Positions 36,760 through 50,800 of a DNA stretch of 64,000 nucleotides are shown here, one piece after another. The DNA comes from Chara braunii (Eukaryota; Plantae; Charophyceae), in assembly GCA_003427395.1 (NCBI GenBank), contig BFEA01000006.1, positions 2,684,515-2,748,514 on the forward strand, read 5' to 3'. Below the pieces are notes generated by a model. That model was not told where the DNA came from and made no database searches. It saw only the letters and a list, made by a program, of their open reading frames with translations. Position 1 is the first letter of the stretch. Each line of letters starts with the position of its first letter. The translations under genes were made by a program, and so were the position numbers.

Positions 36760-38375
36760 CGAAGGCTGGACGATCGCATGAGTTGCGAGCTGCTCAGTCG
36801 ATCGCATCTGTTCTATTTGTTATTTGGTAGGCTAGACTACCCATAAGTTGGGTAGCCTAGTTCTACACTGTATGTAACTGTATGGGCTGGTCAGGTACAA
36901 CATAAGTTGTGGTGCCTGGTCATATGCCTTTCGTCGTTGTTCAGGCAAAGGCTGGGCTCCTCATAAGTTGAGGTAGTCCAGTTCCTTGGGTATGCCGAAA
37001 GTTTAGGCTGATGAGTCTCACCATAAGTTGGTGGGACCCGGTCATACGCCTTACGTCAATTGTTAGGCAGAAGTTGACCACACGATAAGTTGGTGTGGCT
37101 CAGTCTTATGCTTTATTGTTCCAGGCGAGACTATTCACACCATAAGTTGGTGTGGTCAAGTCATGAGCCGCCATCACTAAGAGAATCATAGTATACAAAG
37201 TGATACATTATTTATTTCGTATATTCGTGGAAAGTTTAACGCCATAAGTTGGGAGATCCAACCATATAAGCCGGTAGCAGACAAAGCATAGGGAAATAAG
37301 ATTAACAATACAAAATGGTGTGGTAACTGTGGGCGGGCTGACTCACCCATAAGTTGGGTAGTTGGTCATGTGTCCTTGATAACACGAAAGCAGAGAAATA
37401 TATAAAGTCTGGCTATTTTCTTTTTCTAAAGATAACTGACGCTTGGGTGGGGATCCTCATGAGTTGAGGTGACCTGGCCACTCGTCTGAAAACACAATTT
37501 GATTGTGAACTTATCTATTGCATGTAGTTGTGTTGAGAAGGCCGGGCGAACGCATAAGTTGCGGGTTGTTCGGTCATACGCGCTTGTTGTTGTTTAGGCG
37601 GGGCTAGACTACTCATAAAATGGGTAGCCTAGTCTTATGCTATATGTCACTGTGTGGGCTGGTCAGACACAACATAAGTTGTTGTGTCTGGTCATATGCT
37701 TTTCGTCGTTCGTTAAGGCAAAGGNTGGGTTTCTCATAAGTTGAGGTGGATCAATTTTTTTTTTTTATCAGCCGAGAGATAGGCTGATCAAGTCTCACCA
37801 AAAGTTGGTGCGCCCTGGTTATATGCCTTATGTTATTTTGTTCAAACAGAGGCTTATCATAACATAAGTTGTTGTGGTAGGTCTTATGCCTTATGTCTAT
37901 AAGTTGAACATGGTTGTATTGTGAAGGCTGGGCGAACGCATAAGTTGTGGGTTGTTCAGTTCTTCGCGCATGTGATTATGTCTGGGCTGGGCGTGACTAC
38001 TCATAAGTTAGGTAGCCTGACTCTACGCCGTATGTAACCATGTGGGCTGGCCGAACACAACATAAGTTGTTATGTTTGGTTATATGCCTTTTGTTATTGT
38101 TTAGGCAGAGGCTGGTCCCTCATGAGTTGAGTACGTTCAGTTCTATGTGTATGCTGAACGTCCAGGCTGACCAGCCTCACCATAAGTTGGTACGACCGGT
38201 CATACGCCTTATGTCGATCGTTTTGCAGAGACTGGTCACACCATGAGTTGGTGTGGTTTGGTCTTATGCGTACGTATATTTGTGTTACTAGACTGGAGCA
38301 CCATAAGTTGGTGTGGCCTAGTCATATAAATTGGCAGGTCAGTCACATCCAAAAGTTGGGTTGGGTGACCCTATG
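36760..38375. repeat. Second copy of the ATAAGTT hairpin array
   Basis: Collinear with 23488-25062, with the same order of stems. Confidence 0.9.
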
Positions 38376-40539
38376 TCTTATGTAAGGAAGGGTAAAAAGT
38401 GAATAATTAGGGTTTTTGAACGAACTATGTGACCTGGAAAAGAACCTGAGGGTTGGTGAGAGATGTTGTTGCACTCATGCATGCATATTTTTGAAGGTCA
38501 TCTCTGGGATATTCTCATTGATAGAGTAGTTGTTGTAGATGCTCGCCAAGTGCTGGAGCATAGGTAGGTAAGATGGATGATGGGCGGGAAGCTAGGGATG
38601 AGATAGGTCCGACTCTGCTGAGGGTTAGGATCAGCATTGGCTCATGGTTTCGCTCAGAGGGCATGCAGACTAATGTTGAGTCTAAGTTATCAAGCAGGTG
38701 TCAGAAGTTAGTCCCAGGTATAGTTTTGTCTTGCATTTTTTCTTTCCGCTTTATATAAATCTTAGTAGCTCACTTTTCCTATGGGAAGCGCTGCCGAAAT
38801 TTCTACAAATCGGAAAGAGTTGATCATTTTTGGACTTGTAGAAATTCTAGGAAGGCACTTTTCCTACGGGAAGCGCTGCCGAAATTTTTACAGAATTTAG
38901 AGAGTTAGAGTATTTTCAGGTAGGAAAGATCTGGCAATCCATCCTGTTTAGGGGATATGCTGCCGAAATTTTCTGTATTTTTAGATAGGTATTAGAGGTT
39001 AGTTAGAAAGGTAGGATTATTTCTTGATCACTCAAGCATTGCTTGGGTACTGGCCTTTGCTGCATTGCAGGTCACCTTTATACAGATTGATTCAAGGCTT
39101 GACTAGTTTCAAGTTGATCTTTTAAAAATCATCTTTTGTTATCTTTTGCTAACAGGTCGGTTTCCGGCTCAACTCTAATCCACTCTTGCTACTCAACCTA
39201 AAAAGACTTTAGCCCCGTGTTTTGTATTGTTTTGTTCTATTTTTACCCAGACTTTAATTGAATGGTCATTTAATAAAGATGCTGAGTATGTTATTTGGAG
39301 AGTTGCACAAAGAGTGAGGCTTGTATGGCTAAAGCGACGGGTGTGAGCGCAAAGAATGGTTGAAGTTGACCCCGTGTAGTGTGTGCTCTGTTGATGTGAC
39401 TCTTTGATGTGATTACAGGTTTGTTCTGTGAATTGAAGTCCAGACTTGGTTTTGCGTATGATCATATATATATATATATATTTGAGGGAAGTCACACCGT
39501 GATTGTGAGAGTGATCGTTTTCTATCTCATGACTTTTATATCATGTTTCTTGTGTCCGCGCGACCCATTGAGGCCGTGCATAGTGATTAAGTAAGTTTTA
39601 CACTGAGAGAAAAGGGAGATCCCCTGCTATCTTTTGTGTTTTAGAATTAATACAGTTGGACGGTTGAGTTCGTGGCAGCCGTCAAAGTCAAATCCCTTGA
39701 TCTTTGGCTACCACGACAGCTCTGAAGTTGTCTACTTAACCCCTCTGCACAGAGTGCAGAAGAGGGTGTGGTCTTCAACCGCACATGGCGGTTGTCTGGC
39801 ATCGAGAGATTACCCCTGAAAGCGCTTATCAGTCGACACATGAATGTCGAACGTGACCCCTGAGATTATCAAGGGCCGTGGGGCTACAAGTACCATGTAG
39901 TACCCCATCAACGCGAATAATTGCGTATGTCCGTATGGCTGGTTGACATGAGAAGGTCGTGCGCTCGTTCGACTTTTATACGAAAGCCCTCCGCGCAATA
40001 CCTATCTGAGTCTGGATGCAAAGAGTTACGGGGCGGATACTGAAGGGACTAGGAGTTTGTGGCGTTGAGGTGTTGTTTGTGGTGTGTCCGTATTATGTGT
40101 TGGTAAGTGTGAGTATTGTGGCGTAACGTGTGGTGTGTGTAGCACGTCCTAGTCGACCGGCGTCAGATCGTGTCTGGGACTTCAGCCACCCAGTGCGTCG
40201 ATTCACGTTCGGGTTCGATTCTGGGCGTTCGACCGCTCGTACCCTCTATGCTACAGCGAACGAGAAATGCCCTCGGTTGGGCCACCTATGCAATTGCATA
40301 CGAAAAGCCTTCGCATGTGGTTCAGTAGCTTGGCGGGGATACGCCCACCTAAGGGATGGTGACAGCTCCCGCAGGTGGAGGTAAGAGGTGCCTCGCGTGA
40401 CCCTGTCCTGCCGTAGGGGCTTGCGAGAGGTACGGCTGGCGCACTCGGCCGGAGCGGCAAACGCTCTCCATGATAAGTCCTGCACAATCCTGCGTGATGC
40501 GGCCGGAAGGGTCCCCGTGCGGGACCGATGCGCGCGACA

Positions 40540-41389
40540 TCACTCAACAAAAAACTCCTTCCAGCTTACGAGAGTTAAAAATGGTGATAACTGCTTTATG
40601 ATAAGAGAGAGTTTGAGTATCTACACTTAGATTGGTTGTGGCATGCCATGCAATAATTGGTAGGGAAAAAAAATGTAGTATTCGGCAGGTACTCTTTTTT
40701 CCCTCACGAATGTTGGAAAACCAGGTATACCCGGGTTTGCGAGGGTGAAGCAGACCGAATGGTTTTATTAAGTCTAAGTCTGATATCACTTCCGTCGGAA
40801 CTTTCACGCCACTGCTACCTCGAACCTTGTCAAAACAGTCCAAGAAAGTATTCAAGTCTCCGACAATTACGAGGTTTACACCTGTCTCTTATACACATCT
40901 AGATGTGTATAAGAGACAGGCTCGAACCTTGTCAAAACAGTCCAAGAAAGTATTCAAGTCTCCGACAATTACGAGGTTTACACTGCCAGGAATAAACTGC
41001 GGTAAATCAGAGAAAAGTGACTTTCGTTCACTAAAGTCAGTCGGAGCATAAATAGAGGTGATTACCCACTCTTGGCCATTAAGCCAAATTTTTACCCACA
41101 CCCATCTTCCTCACAGATCAGCAAAAACATCCACTATTTCCCCACCCAGATCCTGATGAATCAATAAGCAACTCCTCCTTTCGAACCCCTCGCTGACGCT
41201 CATATCTTCGGGTCATCCCACCACGCACTTAATTTTGTTATCTTAGCTTCAGACAACTTACTCTCCTATAAGCATACCACATCAATATTTTTTTTCGTGC
41301 ATCCCGCTCTTCAAGAGACCTTTCTTATTGCGACCCGACGAATCTCCTAAACCTCGAATATTTCATGTACCTATTCTAAGCTTGCCCAT
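40540..41389 (-). pseudogene. LINE ORF2 N-terminal APE endonuclease domain, decayed
   Basis: MGKLRIGT*NIRGL...IDVVCL*ESKL...GGVA...GRWVWVKI...ITSIYAP...VIVGDLN...PGYTW are canonical APE motifs. Confidence 0.92.
40882..40919. other. Nextera mate-pair junction adapter (assembly artefact)
   Basis: Exact 38-bp adapter between two copies of a ~62-bp segment (40819-40881 and 40921-40982). Confidence 0.98.
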
Positions 41390-41399
41390 TTTGGGCAGT

Positions 41400-43362
41400 T
41401 GTCCAAGTCAACTGACTTTGGGAAGGTCCTGAGGACGAGGCAACCATAATCGCACATGGCTCAGTTAGAGCTTGCTTGAAGAACAAAGAATCTAGCTTTT
41501 TGTCTTTCCCCAGCTTCGAGTTCAATTCATACAGAAATTATACAATTAAATTGCGGAAAAACTTAACTTGGCGCAACTCCGCCTTCCTGGCTTCCAAAAA
41601 CTAGGACAACAGGATCAACCGCAATCCACTTTGCTTCAATTGCTCGAGTTGACCAAGGAGAAAACAGACATCAAATAGAGTACCAAAAACTTGACCCGTT
41701 TGTTGTCGACATCCACGAGAAATATCGACATCGCAATCTCTTCAATAATACAGAAGAAAACTTTGTTCTGGAACAAGTTATGAGCCAAACTTTCAGAGGC
41801 AATTGACATAGGGGATTCCGGACAAATATTGTTAAACAGTACGGGAGTACCGTCCATACCTATCCAAGAGGTTATCCAGAAGAAATTTCTCGCAGCTACA
41901 CAAGGAAAAAGTCTCGCTCCATGACTGTTTGGCCTCTCGATAAGGCACTTAGGCTGGAGTGCGAGGTCTTACTCTTAGTTGCTGCACGAGAAGGTGTTAG
42001 TGACCCACCTGTACGGGTAGAACCAGCGTCCGAGGTCCCTGACGATTCAGCNTGCAGATCGTCCACTTGGATATCAACACTACCTTCTCCGCGGAGTCTG
42101 CGCTGCTTGTCCGATGATTCACCTCTCACCCGACTTCTGCCCTGACTGCGAGGGCGAGCACCAAGTGGTGCTAGCGTGGACTGATGAGGGGGAGGGGCCA
42201 TTCGTGGAACCTGACCTTGAGGGAGCCCCATAAGCCCTTGGTTCCATGGGACGAACGCATGAAGGTTAGCGTACGAGGGCCTTATCACTATACCGGGGTC
42301 CGGGGGTGGAGCGCCTCGAGGTAAGAAGGGGTGTGGTGGAATCCGCTGGAGATATGCAAACCACGCATCGTTGATAGCAGGATCCACTCCGCCGATCGAC
42401 ACCTGACCTAATCCTCCCAGTCAAAGTTGCCCAATAGCTATACTTGGAAAAAACACCGGATTGTCGCGAGTTGTGAAGCCGCAATGGCACTGGATGAAGT
42501 GGCTGCAATTGGGACCGCTGCCATCGGAGGAGGTCCTTGTTGTGTCAAAGCTCCATGAGCCCGCAGGGCGCCATGATATATCGATCTTGGGTTTGCAACT
42601 CCTCATGTTGTTGATACTCCTTGCGGTTGATTCTTAGAAGGATCTCCTTGATTGCGCCGACCCGCTCGCCTGCACGTATCTTCCATATGGAAGAAGGTTC
42701 AATATTTTTTGCACCATTCTGATTCAACACACGCCATTCTGACTTCGAGTAGATCGCCTTGGTGGGTTTTGCACCCAAATTTTTTCCTTCATGTTGGTCT
42801 TCTTGCAGGGTCAATGTCAGAACNAAGATTGACTAACTTTGGGTCAGCCTCATTTGCCTCAGGCTTGTGTTCTTTAATGATACGAACAATACCATCTTCA
42901 ACATGGACACGCAAGAAGGGCATCTCGTCAAGCGTGACGCCCACTGCCACAACCCAAAAGGTATCTTGGTCGATGAACTTCCTCCAGTCANGTACTTCGG
43001 CGCGTGTCATCCAGGGTTTGAACTCCGTGCGGTAAGTGGTACCGNCTAGGTCGACGTAATCTGACTTCTTCATGTGCATCTAATTGGTAATTTACTTAGA
43101 TTTTGGTATGTATGATACCACGTTCGGACTTTCAACTTTAATCCTTCCTCTCTTGAATTCCGCTCCAAATACGTCATCCCTGATCCAGACGTCTTCATCA
43201 GCCCGAACTACATCCTCCTTTACTTTCTTCGGGAGAAACCGGGGTCCATCAAAAAAATATATTGTCACTGTCCTTTCTTTCAGCCACTTAATTTTTATCT
43301 CATCGAGGGTAGTATTTAAATCACCAATACCCTCCTCTGCTATAAAAAAACGTTGTGGCCAT
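41400..43362 (-). pseudogene. LINE ORF1 (gag-like), decayed
   Basis: Long reading frame directly upstream of APE (KWLKERTVTIYF...RGRIKVESPNVVSY...FWVVAVGV). Decayed CX2CX4HX4C knuckle C-K-K-Y-*-T-F-F-H-M-E-D-T-C at 42672-42713 (tgt>tat, cga>tga). Confidence 0.75.
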
Positions 43363-43404
43363 TAACGCGCCGCGACTTTCGATGGTAAGCGCGGGTTGTG
43401 GCTG

Positions 43405-43940
43405 TCTTTTACTGGTGGCACTCGGAGCACGGGGTTCGGGGCCATCACCATCCTCGCGGGTTGTGGCTGGCTTTTACTCCTCAAGGGATGCCATCACCAT
43501 CCTCGCGGGTTTCGTTACCGAGGCTGGGCTCGAATTTGGTGTACTGGTGGAACGCTATGGGTGTCGCGCTGTCTGATTAATCGTTGGTGTCGCTCGTGGC
43601 AAACCTCATAATCCGACAAGGATGGACTCAGGCGAAGGCTATGCGTTCGTTGTTCGGCCTCCGTCCGGGTTCGTCGGACGAATCCCGTGGCTCGGTACTC
43701 GCTTGCTTGCTGGCACTCGGAGCACGGGGTTCGGGGCCAGTAGGGGCCGATCACGGGCCACGGGGCAGCAGTTAGGCAATGAAAGGGCGAAGGTTGTACG
43801 TTCTCTGTTCGGCCTCCGTCCGGGTTCATCGAATGAATCCCGTGGCTCGGTACTCGCTGTCTTGTTGGCACTCGGAGCACGGGGTCCGGGGCCAGTAGGG
43901 GCCGATCGCGGGCCACTAGGCAGCCGTTAGGCAATGAAAG
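43405..43940. repeat. Imperfect tandem repeats in the LINE 5' region
   Basis: ggcactcggagcacgggg(t/g)tc..gggcc at ~43417, ~43712 and ~43867; ~155-bp duplicated block. Confidence 0.7.
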
Positions 43941-44257
43941 GGCAGTACGAGGCGGTAAGGAGGGACGTATGTCTCGATGATGACGACACCCGGCTCGACG
44001 ATGACGAGGCTCGCGTATGAATTGGGGAATTGGGAGGGAAAAGGGATCACGCTTAAGGCCCAGTCAATGTCCCACTCACAGACACATTCGTTTTCAGTCC
44101 GAAAGGGGAATTTCAGAGGGTTGGGTCTGGGTCCCGTGAGAAGGCAGACGTTCTTCCACTCCCAGTATTCTCGGAACCGTCGATGTCTCAGGCTTTTCCG
44201 ATCCGTGGCGTGGAAGGGAGTACTACTATCCATGCCGTCGGAAATTTGCAAGTTTAG

Positions 44258-44803
44258 ACATGGGTTCAAACGCGGGTACTACTAAACAACCCCAGAATCT
44301 ACGAATTTCTAAGCCAGGAAGTAACCAGCCCACGTAGTCGATACTTCATATACCCCTTACATCTCATAACTCTAAACGAGCAAACCACACAAAAAACGCA
44401 AATAAACGGCAACAACATCAGAACACAAACAAATTTGTTGAACATCACCATAACTATCACGAACCCACAAGATGGACAATACACAATAAGCAAATATGAC
44501 AAGAGAAGGGAACTTGACTTCCCCATCACACGATTCATCCAAGCCAACTCAAACAGACCACTCCAGCAGTCGCTCAACCTCCTAATACCACAAATCATCA
44601 CAATCATGACGATCGAAATAGAAGACGATAACGCTGCAGAAGAAATCATACTAACGATACACTCACTCCAAAATAATGACTTCAAAATACATAGACTGGT
44701 TGGCATCGCAAAAAAGGTACTAAATAACCCCATGAACTACCAACCGTTTCGATGCAACCCAGAAAGTGTACTACGGCATCTATTATTGAAGATGCAGAAC
44801 TAG
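44258..44803 (+). mobile_element. Penelope-like element RT C-terminal (palm end plus thumb) fragment, Naiad/Chlamys-like
   Basis: The frame is open from 44258, longer than the ORF track shows: RVLLNNPRIYEFL...IYPLHL...NLLNITITI...YDKRRELDFPITRFIQANSNRP...LIPQII. This matches the PLE pattern DD..LNNP...IYP..L...FLD..I...YDKR..F.F.I..F....SN.P....ISQLIR. It stops without a C-terminal GIY-YIG. Confidence 0.75.
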
Positions 44804-47800
44804 AAACACACACTAGAAACAATACCTACATACAATACCAGCTCTTAAGAGGCCCGCCATAGCCAACTCCCTCCATATCCCCGCGCAGTAGCTTTCTGTA
44901 GTAGCTCGTCTTCTACTAACTCTCTCACTAATCTAACTTCACCATCACGTTCACAATGGTCAAAACCCCCCGTCTCAGACCTTCCCCCGCCCGTTTTCAT
45001 CCAGGATCGGGCGGTCTTCACATTTCTTCACTCCCATTCTCTCTTTGCTAGCTCCCGCCATATCTCGGCGCTGACTATCTTTTTCTGATCTCTCCTTCTG
45101 CTAAGCCTTTCGTCAACTCTAATGCTACTTCCACACCCGCCCGGTCCAATAATCTCTCCCTTCTACCTTTCTTGGCCGATTCTAGTAGGAGATGGGCAGA
45201 TTACAATCCCTCCTTCCCACCATGCTTATCTCTCCGTTGCCTTCTTCGAATGCATCTGGCCCAAACTCGTGCGGGGTTCACTCCCTCTTCGCGTGCACCT
45301 TGCCTGAAAGGCCGTCCGGACTCATTCACTCCCCTTTCCACCTTGTTGACTCCCTCCGCTTACCCCGTTTTGTTGCTAACGCACTCCACATCCTCTCTCT
45401 CATTCTCCTCGTTCGTCCCCATCTTCCTCGTAGCTGCCTGCTTTGATCCAACTCCTTCCACCTTCTGTATCGGATGTACCCGGCGCAAAAATGCGTCCGG
45501 GTTCTTTCACCTCTCCCTTGCTGCCATAGCGGCCAGCGCGGTCTCTCTCTTGCTGCCACAGCGGCCAGCCCGGTCTTTCCCCGCCGTCTGTCACTCCGCT
45601 GCCTGGCCTTCCACCTCCTGGTCCCCCTGGCAGCGCTGCATGGCCTGCCGATGCGTTCCACCACCAAGGCAAAAGTAGAAGAGGAAGGCCAACGACGATC
45701 CTGCTCTGCATCCCACCCTTCATAGGTGCCATCCTCGCACAGGGGTCATGCTAACCTTCTATGTGTCGTCCCAATTCTAGCGCATGTCCCGGAGGATGTG
45801 TGCTGGAGCATCAGTTCCAAGGCACTGTTGTGGAACAGGCTAGCCTTACGCAACTTAGAGTGAGTTTATTCCTTCTTCAGTTGGAGGCTCCGGGATTCGA
45901 ACTTGACTCTGTGTTCCAACAGTCTGTACCAAATAGGCCAGGCCCTTGAGCCTTAACGTTGGTCAGCATCGACGCTGGCCTCAACGGCCGTGCTCACACT
46001 CAAGCTTCTCGCAGCAGATCATGGGAAGCGGGTGGTGTACTCGATCCCATACCCTGGCCAGGTTCAGGCCTTTCCCCCCCCCTTTTTTTTTGTATGGGTC
46101 ATGTCAACCTCTGTCTGTGTCGCCCTAAATCTCTTTTATTTATTTACTTATTGATTGATTGATTGACGTCCCGAAGGACCAAAGGCAAATCCCACAATGA
46201 GGCTGCACAATCAAATCCGGGACTGGATCTGCATTCCAGCAATTCGTGGGTATGTCGACTGGGCCGAGCCAGTTGGCCTCACTACCAGTCCCGCAACTGG
46301 TGCCAGGCTTATTGCAGAAGTTACCTCCCAGGACTACAACTCAGGGAGCAACAAGCCCACGGAGTTTCGGTCACAGCACATGCCCAAACGCAGGCGACCG
46401 CCACTTCAGTTGGGGTATTATCTCAACTTTAACGGACATCCCGAAGGACCAACCTGTGGGCATGGCCATGAGGTAATACCTCGGGACTGGCTGGCCCCTA
46501 GGTAACTCAGAAAGTACGTTACTCTGGGCATCTGATTGTATCTGGGCTCAAGCAGAGGTCTATATTTTCAACAGTTCTGTGTGTACCAACTGAGCTTAGC
46601 CCATTGGTACCCTTGCGAGCCCCGGAACCAGCACCTGGGCTGTCTCCCAATTGGAACCAAGGGGTATATAAGGATGAGTAAAAAAATTTAAAAAGAACAG
46701 TGGAACGGGGAGGGTTTTAAGGTGCACAACTGTGCAGTCTGCCCCGCTGTGGATCTCCCTACCGTGCCCTGTGCCGCCCCGTCCGGACACAGTTTGCATC
46801 TTTCTGGTCCCAACTGGCATGCTCTCACTCAAACTTCCCACAGCAGACAGCGGGACTGGGTGGTATGCCTCCAACTGCGGCGTCCCAGCCAAACACCCCG
46901 CCTGACGATGTCTTTCGCTTGGATCGGACAGGCATCGAGGGTCTGCGTCCTGGACCGAGTTTGGGTGTGTATTTACAACAGTTCAGTGGTGTGTCCACTA
47001 AATTATGTACTTGAGTCACGGCCGGATCTGGTGCCACCGCCGGACCGTGTTCAGAAACACAACACAACCACAATAAAATAAAATGAAAAATAATAATAAT
47101 AATAATAAATAATAATAATAATAAATAACTAATAATAATAAAACTTAGAAAAAACCTTCTTGGAAGTGGAACTGGGGGGGGGATCGTTGGTGTCTGGTCC
47201 TATCCCACGGGCTCGGAATTCCTTGCAAAAAGCCAAGAGGGATAGTCCCACGGGACCCTCAACCCCTTGGCTCACTCCGACGCGCTCCTCCGCTGCTCCG
47301 CTGTTGGCTGCTGGCTTCGAACCCGAGGTCTGCTGGGTGAAAGTCTAGCACTATAACCAATAGGGCTAAGCCCAAGCTTGGGTGTAGCAGGCGTCATTCT
47401 CCATATAAAGAGTATTTGCGGCTGGCTTAGGTATGTTGAAGTGCACCAAGGCCTGCGCTTGGTTTTACCTTCGAGCCCGTAGTCACCGCACACCCTAATT
47501 ACCATCTCTGGAAAGTGGTGCTGGCTCACCCCGCTTGGTATGGGCTCGCTCCTTATACTAACCACTCATCTACCTAGGTCAACGCGCGCCCTCAAGCGCG
47601 TGCCCTAATTACTACCCCAGACAACACCACGTCCGATGGCGCACGCCGCAGATGGACCCTGGTTACTTCAATAAAAGGGGAAGCTCTCCCTGTCTTAATT
47701 AAAGCTAAAAATCTTGCCGGCGGAAACGCCGGCTCTATAACATCAAGAGAAAAAAAAATCATCATGCGCGCCTTAAAACCGCGCGCCCACCCACACTTTG

Positions 47801-50800
47801 CCCCCGTCAACCATTCAGTCAACGCGAACCAATCTTAACTGCAACTCCGCACGGTATACTCAACTCCTGAACAAACCTTATCGTCTGTCACTTGGAAAAA
47901 CCAGGGCGGATACCCTTGTAAGGGTATTCGCGCCGACAGCTTACGGGACCTTATTAAGCGACGTCCCCGTCGAGTCGGATAATCAAAATGCTATCAATTC
48001 AACCACAACTCCAAATGCTGATGCAAAAAACACCAATCCGATTGGTCGACTGACTCCGTTCGAGCGATAACCAAACAGTACCCAATACGTCTCGCTGCTG
48101 CCACGGTTTTAACCCGGGTCTCCTGCCAACGCAGGTGTACTAGATCATTACTACAACATAGAGTTCATGCTGAGTAGTTGTTGGTAATCCTCTTTCTTTG
48201 TCCTAGACATCTGCGGGTTCATCGTTGGGTGTCCTGTTTAGTCATCGTCCTGCATGCACGGTCATAACTTAGGACGAGGGCCCTAACCGAGACCTTTATA
48301 AGGCACTCCCGCCTTTGTCACACAATATTCACAAAAATATATATAATTTTTATCACAGATCTCTCCTGCATTCTAGTACAGTAGAGTCAGGTCTCCATCT
48401 TGGCCCACCATAGTCTGGTTGATTGAGCCAGATCTACGGCCCGTCACGTTGTTATTTTAGCAACGGTACCCTCGTTGGTTGTGCAACGATGGACGATTCT
48501 CCTGATAAATTATACTATTAGGACTCACAAAAAAATACGACTTAACTCTTATCCCTACGACATCCTGCGGGAATAAGACTCATTCAGGCGGCCACACCCC
48601 TCAAGCCTCACCGTTTGGTGAGTCGTGGTCCCGCTGCCAGGTTGCGCCGGTCAGCGGCCCTCGCTAGGAGTTAGGTTCCACAGCTCCAGCGATGCTAAGT
48701 ATAGCGCCTTAGCTTGGCCTCACAACATATGTTTTAAGATTAGCATCATAGTGACTGGACGGTGTGTCGCATTAATCTCAGGCCTATTACGGGACTGCGC
48801 AAAGGTCTGACTCACTCAAGTCTCAGAGGCATTTACCAGCTCTCTATAGGACAACATAGAGAATTTGGCGTCCTCAACTCAAGGGGAACCAAAAAAAACC
48901 TCAAAGTCACGCACGTACTTAAAGTTGAGCAAACTCAACTCAAGGATGAGCAGGATAATCCCTACCTTAGAGTCACTCTGTCTTATCAGTTCCTTACCAG
49001 ACCTTATTGTTAAACTCTCACTCGCTCCTTAAAATATATCTCTTCGGCTAGTTTTGATCATACGATAATAAGAATAATAAAAATAATAACAATAGTAATC
49101 ATATATGTATTGCAATGTTATGTATCGTAATGGAGAAATAATCATGAATAAATAATGATACCACAATTACGAATGTTTTCGAATGCAACAATAATAAAAG
49201 TATTATATTATACTCCCCGAGGCTTTGATAAAAGTATATTGTGTCGAGGGGCAGTGTAATCCTTTCTCAAAGAGATGACATCTTATTCCTGAGCCCCGCT
49301 CAAGGATCAAGCCTCACTGCATCTCCCTCCGATTCCAGCACTTGCACCTTGCAGACCCTTGCCGATGAAGCAGACAACCTTACCATACATACTCCCGGAT
49401 GGTCTATCCCTTCTCATGTAGATGAACCTACTTAACACAAAAATAGTTGGGGCTTCACCCCCTACCTCTCTGTGGCAGGCAGTAGCCGTCTTCCTCACAG
49501 GCCATTGTCAAACAAGGTCCAAACACTTTTCTCCTATTCAGTAGTAGTGTAGTCATTTTATCACAAAGATTAGATGACAACACCCCACTATGGACCAGTA
49601 ACAAGTTCCGGCGTGGGTCTCACTACCACCTTCAAGACTATATTATAATTTCTTCAAAGCCATCTTTCAGGGAACTAATAACATAGGGTTGCAACTTTCG
49701 TGGGGTAGCCTTCACACATTGACCATTTCCTCGCGAGATTTACTTTCTCAAGGAGTTGGTCACTCCATTCACCTCCGAATCCGCATTGGACGTGGATTCT
49801 GTGTAATATCTCTAACCTCTTTTAAAAGATCAACCCATGCATGTAGATAAAACAACATGGATATGAATGAATAATTCAGATAACACAGCTCCAACGGGTT
49901 ATATATAGCCAGAACAAAATCAGATGGACAGCTCACGAATAAGACTCGTATAGATAACATCAGGCACATAGTCTTGTATGAGTCAACATTAAAATATGCT
50001 TACTTAGATAGAATTTCTGATGCAGATGGATGAATTTCGTACATAGACTGACAAGTATACTCTTAGAATCATAACTCAAATGCTTAAATAGATAGAATGT
50101 TACACGTTTTCTTCTTACAAAAATCCTTAGAAAATACCTCTTTCTTAGCCAAGTTATTTCCCATCGCTAGAGTACCGTGATACAGCCATAACAACTTAGG
50201 CAGCTCATTAACTCTGTTTAAATACCAAAGATTCTTTCTTGGGTAACCGAATATGCAGAGTCGCACCAAATGCGAATGACGATCAATCTATGGCATTAGA
50301 TACGGAGAACATCATCATGATTACCCTCTTGTACCTTGATCCGCAAATGTATAATTAAAGTTGTCACTACTAGGTGTCATCGTATACAAACATCCTTATC
50401 TCGCACTACCTTTCAATAGTGTAATACCATCAGAACCATCAACACGCTACTCACCACCCATTCACCTAACGCCATTAACAAAATTTTGTCGTTGTGCCTG
50501 GATCATCAACCTGCACTTAACCTGGGTTCGCTCTCTTAAGGACCCCGGTAGGCAGCCGAGATCCCCGGCAACGACGTCACCTGTCGCGCGCATCGGTCCC
50601 GCACGGGGACCCTCCAGGCCGCGTCATGCAGGATTGTTCAGGACTTGTCGCGAAGAGCGTTTGCCGCTCCGGCCGAGTGCGCCAGTCGTACCTCTCGCAA
50701 GCCCCTACGATAGAATAGGGTCACACGAGGCACCGCTTACCTCCAGCTACGGAAGTTGTCACCATCCCTTAGGTGGGCATATCCCCGCTTAGCTACCGAA

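Larger units (their letters stand above)
14125..40539. repeat. Head-to-tail array of a 12-13.3-kb unit (units start at 14125, 26125 and 39448; the third is truncated at 40539)
   Basis: ggttttgc(g/a)tatgatc recurs at each unit start. 21483-26124 matches 34828-39447 and 14125-20870 matches 26125-34117 with indels. No recognisable protein domains. Confidence 0.93.
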
